64,000 nucleotides of DNA from Felis catus. Taxonomy: Eukaryota. The position numbers and the translations under genes were made by a program. The notes beneath the pieces were generated by a model. That model did not search any database, was not told where the DNA came from, and saw only the letters and a program-made list of their open reading frames with translations. Location of the stretch: assembly GCF_018350175.1 (NCBI RefSeq), contig NC_058368.1:163806001-163870000 (forward strand). Reading direction: 5' to 3'. Below are positions 52,201-64,000 of the stretch, in pieces; position 1 is the stretch's first letter, and each line of letters begins with the position of its first letter.

Positions 52201-53737
52201 TTTAGTTTTGGGAATAAAAATGATCCTTGTTGGTAGAAAATTATTTCTGCAGTGTTATTCTACTGACGGCTCATTTGAATGCTTTGAGCTTCAGTTACAC
52301 ATTGCATTAACTATGATCCTGTATTTTGCAGTGCAGCCTGCAAATTTTCCCATAATTAATATGGTGAGAGGTTGAGGTTGTGGGACTTCTTGGAGGAGGA
52401 AGATATGTCAAAGTAGGTAACTCTACCTCAGGCTGTTCTTTGGAGCAGATGGAAGTACACAGGAAGGATTGAGGTGGAAGGAAAGCAAGACCATGATTTT
52501 CTACGTATTTTTCCTTAACAGTATACTTGACTGCATAGTTTTGTGTTTGTTGGAAAGAGTTAAATGCTGAGCTACTCCATCCTTAGATGCATATTTACAT
52601 ATAATGCAGAATCTGAAAAACTTATAATTAAAAGGGGGCTTGTCCTTTAATTAAAAAAAAATTGCACTATAACAGTAGCATTTTAAATTCTAGAACTTCC
52701 AGAAAGATGGGCCTATCCATAATTTCCTCTATGGTTTTCCCGTCCCTAAATGTATAGTTTTCTTTTCAAGTTTGCTTGGTATCAAAGTTGGAACATCTGT
52801 TTCTTTTGTTTATGCCAACAGATCTCATAAGCATTTAAGCTTTCATAGAAAATGTTCATGCAAATGCCAGCCGGGTGTTGGCAATTAGTTATGTAAGCTA
52901 CCAGCAAACTCCCTCTCTGTATAGTTATGGATAATCATTTCCATCCCACCTACAGGTCTCCCTGCTTTATCTTTTTATCTTCAGTGTGTAATTAAGCCTC
53001 TCTAGTGCATCCAGAACAATGTTTTGTGGTGTGAATGAGATTTTCAGAAGTGCTGAAAATATGTGTAATTTTAAAGTCCTTCAACCCCTCATTTAGCAGA
53101 TTTGACTAGACAATGGATTTCAGAGGTTGCTCTTCAGCATTGAGGAATAGATTTTAAAAAAAGAGAAGTAGACTCAGCAGCTACATGAATCCCTGCCAGG
53201 GCAGCACTTTGTGATGTTGAATAAAATCCTAGGTTAACTATGTATTGTACCATTTCTGCTACAGTAGAGATCCTTCAGCTTTTCCTATTATAAAACCTCA
53301 GGGCCTCCTAAATACAAAGTCACACGCAATGCAAACATTTTGATTTGTCTCACATTTGAATGGATGAGATACAGTTAACTATGTATCACTTTAACAGTTA
53401 TAAAGGTATCAGTAAGTAAAGAAATCATAACATTTTGTTAAACTGCATTTAGTTATTTTATCTAGAAACACAGGCATGAAGGGTTTTGGGTATTTGGCAA
53501 AAATCTAACTAAACTTACCAAGTTGGACCTGTTTGATTTTTAAAGGATAGTCATTTTTATTTTCCTTATGAATTTTACTTCTTTAACACTAACCTTGTGA
53601 AGTCAGAGGTAGAAAGAGGAGATGAGGGGAGGGGAAAGAGAAGATGGAGAGAAAGAAGGAGAGAGGGAAAATGTGAAACATTCTTGAATACATTCCCTAT
53701 GAATAAACATTTATTTCCTCTAAGCCAGATGTCTTTT

Positions 53738-53960
53738 TTTTTTTTAATTTTTTTTTCAACGTTTATTTATTTTTTGGGACAGAGAGAGACAGAGCATGAA
53801 CGGGGGAGGGGCAGAGAGAGAGGGAGACACAGAATCGGAAACAGGCTCCAGGCTCTGAGCCATCAGCCCAGAGCCTGACGCGGGGCTGGAACTCACGGAC
53901 CGCGAGATCGTGACCTGGCTGAAGTCGGACGCTTAACTGACTGCACCACCCAGGCGCCCC
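53738..53960 (-). mobile_element. Young felid Can-SINE
   Basis: Nearly identical to the copy at 20089; TSD taagcca(g/a)a(t/c)gtctttt. Confidence 0.95.
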
Positions 53961-54759
53961 TAAGCCAAACGTCTTTTAAAAATATAGTAAAAACTCAGAA
54001 GCCACTTGATGGTAAAAAGTTGCCTGTCTTTGTGTCTGTACAGAAATTATTAGGCCCACAATCATTTTTTGTTCTTGTCACTTTGAAGGGCTCTAAGGGG
54101 CCAAGCGAGGTTGACCTGGCAACATTTGCAGTTTTTATCTTTGGCCACCTGGGTTCTATTGACTCCTCGTCTTCTCTTTCCCCACTTGTTTGGGGTCTAC
54201 CCTTCTGTCCCCAAATTCCACCAACATTTGGGTAAAACCCCTCTCTCCCCAATCATTAGGGAATTATTTGCTAAATAATAATTTATATATTTGATTAACT
54301 GATTGAACTTTAATTGAAAAAAAAGTAAACTCCAATGGAAATTCATTCACATCAAAGTAGAAACGTAAAAAAAATCCATGCATTTGCATTTTAATATCTA
54401 ATTACAGAATAAAAAGGCTTTTCCCTGGATGAAAGAATGTTCAGCTAATAACTTGGCCCTTTGCTTTTCTATAAATATTTTAGAATCTCATTGAAAAGAT
54501 TTTTACCAATAAAACAAAAGCAGGTACTCTAGTAGAATTTACTTCGGATTCCGTCTCTAGATCAACTTAAGGAAGCATTGACCTCTTTAAATATCAAGAC
54601 TTACAAATGATACATATGTTTTTCCTGCCACTAATTTAGGTGTTCTTTAATTTCTTTCTATATTATTTTTGAAAATAGTATTCATTATACCTTTATGAGA
54701 ATTATTCCTCTCGATTTGCCTTTTTTTCTTTCTAAGGGCTTTTTACTCCCTACCCTGTA

Positions 54760-55235
54760 TGGATGTCTTAGGTCTACACTGCCCACATATACATACCTTT
54801 AAGAGGACCTGCGGTGAGGATTGTAATTGAAACCCTTCACTTGCCACACTTTCTGATATCCTTACCTCACATGGAGGTTACATTCTCACCAGAAAGTCCC
54901 TGATTACAGCCAGTGACTGAAATTGGAGTGGGTACTAGAGCCAGGCTGCTTCTGGCCACCTCCTGACTTCTCCAATGAACACTCTTTGCTCTGGGTCTTC
55001 TTATCAGCCTGCCTCAGAATTTCTCAGAGCTGCACTGCCATTGGAGGATCTAACTACATAATCCTGATTCCTTCTCTGTGTCCTCTCTCAGGAGCCAGAC
55101 CACCATTGTGGAGCCTTAAGAAGGCTTTTCTGCTTACTTATGCTCTCTTTCTTTTGTCTATCATAGTGATTTCCTCCAGTCTTTTGCACCTGTATTTTGG
55201 TACTGGTGTCTATTTCTCAGATTATAGGATCTGAG
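54760..55235 (+). mobile_element. Probable ERVL LTR (LTR16-like)
   Basis: cagccagtgactga...gagtgggtactagagccaggc and 3' cttttgcac...tttggtactggtgtctatttctcaga resemble LTR16. Confidence 0.45.
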
Positions 55236-58185
55236 AAAAAGGAACTCCTTTTATTACCTTAAAGAAATTTGCATCAATTCCCAATTTGCTAATGTTTTTG
55301 AAAGCCATGAGAAGGTGGAAAAAATTGACCTTCAGGTGGAAAAGAAGGACAGGAGGAATAGGTAAAAGATTTGAGTACATTTGGAAGTGTAAAGGTGATA
55401 TTTCTGATGAATAGAAAACAGAGATGAGAAATAGTGAAGAAGATCACCTATGCTTGTAAGCCTGAGGCAGGCTCAGGCAATTTATTCTAAATTGGTAAAA
55501 AATGAAAGAATTTTGATTATTATACTAGACTAACCTGTAGTTCTATGATTATTATATGCACTTAGAATGACAAAACAGCAGTGCTTTTATTGTTTAAGAC
55601 TAAAAAAAATTAAGATCAATCCCAGAACTCACCCAGAGCAGCGAAGAATGGGTCTATAAGGTAAGCTTAGTGGAGAATATTGAGAAAAAGTTATTTTATG
55701 TAATACACTGAATGAATCCTACTCAGCCATAAACAGGTGTTGGAGACAATGTCAGTGTTGCTAAGAAGAGTTGATGTGATTTTTAAGGTATTGAATACCT
55801 TTTTCAACAGTTGGGAATGAAGTAAGTGAAATCAAGTCATGAAATATTCTTTGATAAGAATAACAGGGTTTTTAAAGAATGTGATTAGAAAGAAATAATG
55901 CATCAAGAAGACACAAAACATCAGCTTTGTGTGCAGTAGTTAATGTTTCCTTGGTTTGGGTGACTTGTTTATCACTCACTGGGGGCAGACTATCACTGTG
56001 TCAGTAGGACTTGAGGCCGAGTGGTTGTAGACTTCATTGAGGTCCTCTAACATCTTCTCCATTATGGGTGGCTTGGGGTAGGTGAGGAAGCATTATTCCA
56101 CTCTCAAGTCCAGGGTGGGTCCTGGTTTCCTAGCAACTCAGTCAGGCAAAGCCAATTGCCTTGCCTTTGGCTTAAGTGAAACAGCTCATAGCATTCCCTA
56201 GCGAACACAGAAAACTGAGGACATTTGGGGTTGAAGCCCATCCCCTCTATCTTTATGACTCTGATGTGCCGTGAAAAAGTTAGAACCGCTGAGATCACTT
56301 TGAATCCAAATGGGAAGCTTGTAACACCAAGGAAATTGGGGTCAAAGAATTCATACCTTTGATGAAATTGAGCTACGGAAACAAATCAAATACCCACGCT
56401 ATCTCAGAACTTTCAACTTTTGTGAGTCAATCAACCCCTTCATTGTTTAAACCATTTGCAGGCAGATTTCTTTATTAGTTGCAACAGAGGGTCTGAACAG
56501 GTATCTGTCATAGGGGAAGAACTTTGTTTCCAGGGGTAGAAATTCTGAGATCTGAATCCTGGAGTTGTCATGATACAGATGTGTACCTTTAGGCAAGTTG
56601 CTTAACCAGTTTGAGCCTTAATATATTCATGTGCTAAATGCAAGTGATCATATAGATTGCATGGGAGGACATATATAAAATACCCTGCTCATAATAGGAA
56701 TCCAATGAATATGATGGTTTTTATACTTAAAGTAAATTTTGTTTCTACCTTGATATTGTAAATAAGCAAGTAAATTTACTTCTTTAAAAACTTATCAGTG
56801 AATGTGTAATAGATATCCAAGTTGCTTACTACTAAGTTGGTCCCTTCTTGCTTAAAGGATACTAATCCTCTGCATTGTACAAAATCTATGCCATTGATCA
56901 CCTGGCATAAGTGATAACTCATACAAAGAAATTTCTTTGGGAAGGGTTTAAAACTATAAAACTTCCTTGTTTTTGCACTAGGAATTATCTCACATTCTAC
57001 ATAGATACTCAATATTTCTTGAGAACTGATTGGAAAATCTTGTTCATATGAAAAATATATGGCTGTCTGGGCACACTGTTTCCTACCCACTGGTGTTGCC
57101 CAGGACTGTGGAATGCTGGGCTAAGAGGCAACTATTTCATCCTCTCAGATGTCACTCCTCTGGCCTTTACCAGAGCTGAGTAGTCATCCACTTCTTTGCA
57201 GATAGGAGAGCACATTCCTAGTGGAATCAGAGTATACAATGAAGCAACACCTGAATGTTGACAAGAAAAGGAAACCAAAATGTGACCTTGGGTGATAATG
57301 GCATCACAGAAGGGATCATGGCACCAGGGCAAAGCAGGAAGGGTTATAGTCCCGCTGGATGGTTCTCCTCCCTTCTTCTCTGCCCCATGCTGCCCCAGCC
57401 TTTATCCCTAAGGTTCTTGGAGTCAATCGATAAACATTTTTGGAGCATGTACTCTGTTACCTTTAAGACACTCTGCACAAAGTAATGAGAATAAAATGAT
57501 GGAAAAAATAGTTTCTGACCTTGGTGAATTCATAGACCAGATGGGGACTGTAATGTAATTCAGAAACCCTCTAGGCCCTGGACCTCCCTCTGTGATAACT
57601 TTATTATGCCTCCCCTAATACAACAAGCTGGGTGTAGATATCTTTATCTTCTGTTCCTGCCAATCTTAGTCTTCTGGCTCTAATTTTTTCAAAGCATTGA
57701 TCTCAGATTATTCTCATGTTACATAGATCAGGGAGCAAAGGATCTAAATTTCATCAGGCATCTACAAATTTCTAATTTGCTTGTTAGGAAATAAGGAAAG
57801 CTGAGAAGTTGTAACGGAAATAATGTAGGGGGAATGGAACTCCTCCTAGAAACTATTAAATACGGGATGACCACTCATAAGATCCTTGTCTCCAGAGTCT
57901 AAACCCTATTTCCACAGGTACAGATAGGGCTCTTCTTTGTGGGGAGACCGATGCCATATGTCTACCAGAGGAGCATGTTCCATCAGGAAAGCATGGTCTT
58001 TTAAAAAGTATTTGATCATGATGTGAGCACTTTCAATCATGAGTTTTTGATAGACTGAGACTTAGAAATTGCTTCTATTGCATGTGTGTGCTTTATGGGA
58101 CTATGATATCAAAGGCTATTTATTGTGTGAGGTCTGAGATAGTTGTTCTGATCTGAATTAAAGCTGCTATAGTGAGACAACTTAC

Positions 58186-58287
58186 TAGCATCCACTTCAG
58201 TTACCACGATTGGTTTGGAGAATTGAATTCGGAATCCCCAGGGATAATCACCAGTCCCTTTGAACAGCCTCACGGTTCGCTCTCGAA
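58186..58287 (-). CDS. PDZPH1: Internal coding exon (102 nt, phase 1-1): N-terminal part of PDZ domain, xRERTVRLFKGTGDYPWGFRIQFSKPIVVTEVDA
   Basis: Minus-strand acceptor tttgtttcctctttag| and donor GCTA|gtaagt; open frame with a PWGF carboxylate-binding loop; joins in frame (A|AC = Asn) to the 45284 exon. Not in the ORF track; found by reading the sequence. Gene name is from recalled similarity to mouse Pdzph1. Confidence 0.9.
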
Positions 58288-58954
58288 CTAAAGAGGAAAC
58301 AAAGAAGGCATTCTTTTGAGTTACTCTTTAGATACCACAAATATGATTACGAAAGTAGCTAGGACTTATTGCTTGTTTATTATATATCAGGCCAAATAAA
58401 AATGTTCTAAGCACTTAATAGTATTATCTAATTTAATCTTTGTATCAGGTTTTTTTATATAGAGGAGGAAACTGAGGTACAGAGAAGTTAAACAACTTAC
58501 CTGAGTCACATGGTGAGTGAGGGGCAATGCTCACCACCCCAAGGCAGCATGACTCCCAAAAGGCAGCTGAGCCTTACAGGTCTGAGTCACTCAGATCCAT
58601 AAACAATAAGACATTTGTTACAAGGTTATACATGAAAATAGGAAAACTGAATCCTTAGATGTACATTTAAGTCTTACAGGAGCCCAGGAAAGCCTGAACA
58701 ATTGAGTTTCTCAGAAAAAAAATGGGAACAGCTGGGTGGACTTTGCAGATATTGTAACTGTAAGGTTGTGCTGTATTGATGGTAGAAAGTTCCAGAGACT
58801 TCACAGTAAGAGTTCATGGACTTTTACATGAGTCTAATGATCATTTATTAATGTGGCCCTGTTACTTCTCAGTCTTCTTTTCCATGTATCTTCTCTCTTT
58901 TCTTCCAGCTACCTTCACAGCATCTTTTCTGTATAGAGATCTGTGTGTACATGC

Positions 58955-58955
<1 letters not shown>

Positions 58956-58998
<43 letters not shown>
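58956..58998. repeat. (TG)n microsatellite
   Basis: Direct reading. Confidence 0.95.
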
Positions 58999-59000
<2 letters not shown>

Positions 59001-62000
59001 CATAGCTTCTGTGTACTAATGAGTTTGGCTTATTCATATCTTGAGCTCACTCATGGGCCCTCTTGACTTCTCTCTACCTCAAGACATTTTAACTTCTGTG
59101 CTTACTATAGTAAGGGCATCTTCCCAGTTCAAATTCCTGAAAGTGAGAATCTCACAGGTTGAAAATATCTCTGCTCATAACTCTTTGGGCTGTTACTCTT
59201 CAGAGGTGACAAAGGGCAGGATTATCAGGCAGAAAATGTCTCTGTGGGACTGTCCATTTTGTGGAAGGTCAATCTACATAATGGGAGATGTGGACACACA
59301 GAATTTTGTCTTTTATAATATATTTACGTCTTGTTTTTATTTAGAAAAAAAATACCCCTGAATCATGCTCGAATACAAAACTGAAAACATCTGAAGGACA
59401 TAAGTGATTTCAGAAGGTCCATTTTTTAAGTGCTGACAAATTTACCAAAGAAGAATGATAAACAAAAGCCTTCAGAATATTGAGTGGTTGTATTTATGGT
59501 CAGGTTTACCAGAAAGAACTAGTAACATAATACTGGGATTATTAATCTGTCCCCAGAAATTCTACTTGTGGTATACTTTATTGGTATACTTTATTGGATG
59601 AATTTTTTTCTATACATGTTAATATCTAAAAATGATAAAGAGCAAATCCTAATAAAGTATAATGATAAACTCCCTGAGCTCCATAAGTAAGTTATTAATA
59701 ATAGGCCCATTGTTAAGTCTCTGGAGAAGAAGTCAGGTAATTAATTATAAAATAAAAATACTCATCTATTAATAAGGAAGGCAAATTCATACCTTAAAGC
59801 TATAATTTGATAGAATCCCTTTTTATTAAAAACATAGGAATACATTAGAATTTATGGGTAATACATTTTGCTGCTTCTTTCCAATCCTTCATTTGGTATT
59901 TTTGTATTTCACTTCTCATGTCTCAGATAGTTTTAGATCTTTGTCTGGATTGGAGATCAAGGACATTTCTTTGCAGAGTTGCATCCTTTTTAGATACATA
60001 TTCAAAGGCTATTACAGAATGCCTAAATGGCAATTTATGGATAGAATTATAAGCAATAGAGAGGTCAAAGGAATGCTTAAGAATTTCAAATGACTGATTT
60101 AACAATTATATTTTGAGTGGGAAAAGACCTTACTCCAGCTTTCCACTTGGTGAGGAATCTCTTCCTCACCATCTGACAGACAATTGGGGTAGGTGAGTCC
60201 CTGATCTTTGGAGATACTATTATTATAAACTTAAATTACAGTTTAAAGATTTCTGATTACAGAGTCTGTAAGAGATTTGCCATTACTTTATTAAATTTTC
60301 TCTCATATTATGAGGTAAATCATTGGGTTGTTTTTTTTTTTTTCAAATTTCCTATGAGAATTTGACGAATACAGTAAAAAGTTAGGCATTCTGTCCAGAT
60401 GCTTTTGCATGTGACCTTCCCCTAGGTCAGCTAGGGAACAAAAATATCTGCTAAAAACAAGGAAACAAACATCTCTGTCTTTGATGATCCCTTGTAGCCC
60501 AGTAGTAGAAGTTATTCATTCACAAACATTTACTGAATATCTATTATTTGTCCAGGTGTTTTCCTTTGTGTTAGGAATGTAATGTTAAAGACAGACAAGA
60601 GACTTTTTCTCCTAGACTTTCCATGCTAGACACTGGCTGCCAAAATTGGCAAACATTTAAAGAGAGGAAGGATAAAGTCTCTTTGTATGAATTCCTGAAG
60701 GAATGTTTATTTTTCCAAAATGTCTGAAGAAAATACACTGTTCTTCTGCTGTTGAGAACAGTATCAGGAAAAGCATGCCAAAATTGCTGGGAAAGTACTA
60801 GTGTATCCCAGCCCTAAAACTGTCCTCTGCTCTAGTCTATGCTCCTGGGAGGCTCTCCATCACTTAGTTAATTTCCTTTTGGCAGTCATTGCAAATCACT
60901 GTTTCTATTTGCCATTTACAGGATCTCAGTATAATTTAAGGGACAGAAATGAGAAATTCAAGGACACAGAAATGAATATTTTCACAATCTGCAACAGGCT
61001 GGTAGCCAATCAGGGCAGAAAGAATCAGAAATACTATTTCTGACCTCTGTAGAAATCATCTCTAACATCCCCTCTTGTTGAATCATCTTGCTCCCTCTAG
61101 GTTACCCTTTTGATACTGTCTTCTGCTTTTGACAGATTGATTATCCAACAGATATTTGTTTAATGGAATATTTTTATTGTGTTGGTTCAAATCAAATCAC
61201 ACTTGTTGTTTTGTTTTTGTATTACATGAGACTGTTAAGATGGGTACAGCTTTCAAGGCTGTGGTGATAGGGCTTTTTTTTTCTTCAGTCAAGCAAATTG
61301 AATGTCAACCATGTATGTGAAAGTATAAACAATTCAATGACGTTTTTAAATGGTGAACTCAACTGTTGGATTCTCCTGTGGGAGACTTGAGACAATCAAA
61401 ATGTTTTGCAGTATGTTCCCTTCCCATTCTGAAGATAATTTTCTCACATTTTAAGATTTACAGTCTGGGTTTCCCCTGCCACTGTCTGGTGGATAATCTA
61501 TGAGTGCTACATAGTTGCTGAAAAGCCACAAATGAATGTCATTGTCTTTTCAGAGACTTTGTGGGCACATCTTCAAGTATGTTATCCCTTCAAATCACAC
61601 ACTTCCTTGGAATCATCTTGTTAGATGTCAAACTTCAAATGAAGGGTAAATATTTCCATAAACATAACACCCCTCATATATTAAAAAACTCTAAAATTTT
61701 CTTGTTGTTCCCTCAATATACTTTATAGTGATGCAAACCTTTATCTGTATCTCCAACTTACAGAAGAACTTTTTTATGGGATAAAGATGGATTTTTTTTA
61801 AGTGTAAAATTTATTCCCAAAAATACATGCTGGTAGATATAAATTAGTATTGCAGTATCTTAAAATGCCATTAGGTTAATAAAGATATTTTTCAGTTAAA
61901 AATTATTCATTTGCATTCAGCTCACTTTTCCTTCAAATCTCCATTGTCTTGTATAGATCTCTAAGTATATAGTTGAAAACGTAAGCATCTGACAACATTT

Positions 62001-64000
62001 CAAGTCTTAGTCACAATAAGAAGGAACAATTGCCACATTCGTGAACTGAGGTTCAGTCCAACTAATGGTACCATGAAACTCACAACATTTAAACATTTTG
62101 TTTTCCTTATGTGATATGTATATATTATATAGGCATACACATAAATGCACATGCACACATATATACAAAGTTTTTGACAAAATTGAACAAATATGTATGT
62201 GCATATAGATATGCACATATATATAAGCCTACGTATGCACATGTGTCTGTGAACTTTGTTGGCAAAACTGAACAAATTTTTTTAACCAAAGCAAATAATA
62301 GTGAATCAAATGCTTGTTGTTTGATGACCATAAGCATTTTGTAGAAATGGTGATAATTGTACTTTTTTACAGATACCATATATCAGGTGTTAGCCAAGAT
62401 ATTGTGAGGGAGTAGTTGTATTTTATTCACTGTAAGTTTTCATACCTGCCTGCCATAAATAAATAGACAATAAATATTTGTAATTTTAATAAGTATCTTA
62501 ATAGTATTTGTTTATAATTTATATAAAATATATATATATATATACTTATATGTGAATATGTAATATTCATCCAAAATTCTCACAAAAATTAAGAAAAACA
62601 AGGGTGAGAGATAGAAATAGTCAAGATGTATAGAAATAGCCAATTATAATTTCTGCATATATAACTTCATTTCATTTTTTATAACACTGTAAGATAGGCA
62701 GAGAGATACTAACAATAAATAAGTAACTATTCTAAGGACACATAGCTGGTAAATTTCTGAATAGTACTGAAATCCAGGACTTTTTATTCATTCATTCAAC
62801 AAATACATATTGGCTTCCTATGATGAGGCACACGCTGTCCTAAGTTCTTAGACTACATCGATGGACAAAGAGACAGAAATCTTAACCTCCCAAATTTTAC
62901 TTTCAGCCTCGTGTCCTTTCTTTATACTATTCTATTACTCAAAAGTTAAATACAGAAATTTTTTAAAAAGTTTATTCCTAGATCTTCATCATCTACTTTT
63001 ATTTTCAAAGATTCCATCCTGAATTCTTTCAATTTGGGGATTTAGATTCTCAAACTTCGTTTCCAATGAATGGCTAAGCTTATTACTGTCTGAGTATAAA
63101 TAAATATTCTAAATGCACAGAATATAAAACTTGTGTTATTTTATGCATGTACATAGGAACTCATTTAGATTTACAACTTATCCTCATTAATAGCATCCAA
63201 TGTTGAATTTCATGCTTATGAGAAAAAATTAAGAAAGTCTCTATTTCTCTCCACAGATAAAATAAATGACGATCTTACATATAACAATCTTGTCTGTATA
63301 AATGGGATTCAGATAAAAATAAGCACATTTTGATGCTTGTACTGAAAATGAGTACATCTTTGTAAGATCTGTCACTTCTCTGTATCTTTAGAAACTTCCA
63401 CCAGTGCCTAGACCATAGTGGGCACAATATTTGTTAAATGCGTGATTGCATAATTAATTTAAAACATTATTTTCAACTTGAACCTTTGCTTGCTTGAGTT
63501 GTTGACTATTCATCAAGGTCATTTATTTATACCAATAAAACACAAGTTTACAAAAGCTCTACACCTTAAATTTTACAGCAAAGACTGGGCAAAATAGTAA
63601 TATCACGTGCTCAAACTTGTAATTCAGGTATAGGGGTTTTTTAAATTATTAAGCTATTATTGCATTAGGGAAATATGCATAGTTTCAGTTAACTAAAAAT
63701 AATCCCATAAAAATAATTAAATTATTAGAATATTAGTAAAATCCACAAAAACACATTTATATTATTAAAGGAAGATAGAATTACTAAATAACTGCAGTAA
63801 ACATAAAAAGCAGGCTATAAGATCTTATGTATCACACTATATACATGCTAATATCAAATGTATATTTAATGTATGTTTAAAAACAAAACTAGACCTATGT
63901 ATAACAAATAAGTAAGAATTTAAAAATGCAGAATCAATAAAATGCTTATATTTTGGTGTGGAAAAATAGATGTTACTTGTTCATACTCTAGAATACATTT

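Noticed and set aside
53519..53585. Apparent phase-1 exon ...NDYPLKIKQVQL|gtaagt
   Set aside because: No good acceptor, upstream in-frame stops, and the 58186-58287 exon already supplies the PDZ N-terminus
60148..60171. 10-bp stem with 4-nt loop (tggtgaggaa-tctc-ttcctcacca)
   Set aside because: Short enough to arise by chance in 64 kb and has no supporting context
61106..61195. Open frame ending at the donor-like AGG|gtaacc
   Set aside because: No usable acceptor before an in-frame stop
1..64000. CRISPR arrays, operons or other prokaryotic/viral systems
   Set aside because: The sequence is mammalian intron/exon DNA; the recurring ~200-bp units are dispersed SINEs, and I saw no retroviral gag/pol/env coding sequence

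Overview
This is AT-rich, repeat-dense mammalian genomic DNA. Felid-type tRNA-derived Can-SINEs and carnivore L1 3' ends point to cat or another Felidae. The window lies inside one minus-strand gene. Three phase-compatible coding exons (58287-58186, 45284-45174, 36388-36210) splice into 130 open codons: a complete PDZ domain followed by the N-terminal half of a PH domain. I recognise this from memory as PDZPH1 (mouse Pdzph1; the human locus is annotated as pseudogene PDZPH1P). I found no downstream exon in 1-36209, so that stretch appears to be one intron of more than 36 kb. The rest is interspersed repeats: about 17 Can-SINEs, several L1 fragments (a triple-nested L1/L1/SINE and an inverted L1), ERVL/MaLR solo LTRs, Tigger/hAT DNA transposon fossils and microsatellites. 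Repeat subfamily names are recalled from consensus sequences, not from a search. I see no prokaryote-type system, and I cannot support a claim of a new biological system. The best leads are the intact PDZPH1 exons, possible splice/polyA variants, an LTR-borne CTCF motif, a perfect 26-bp hairpin and an inverted L1 with a long duplication.
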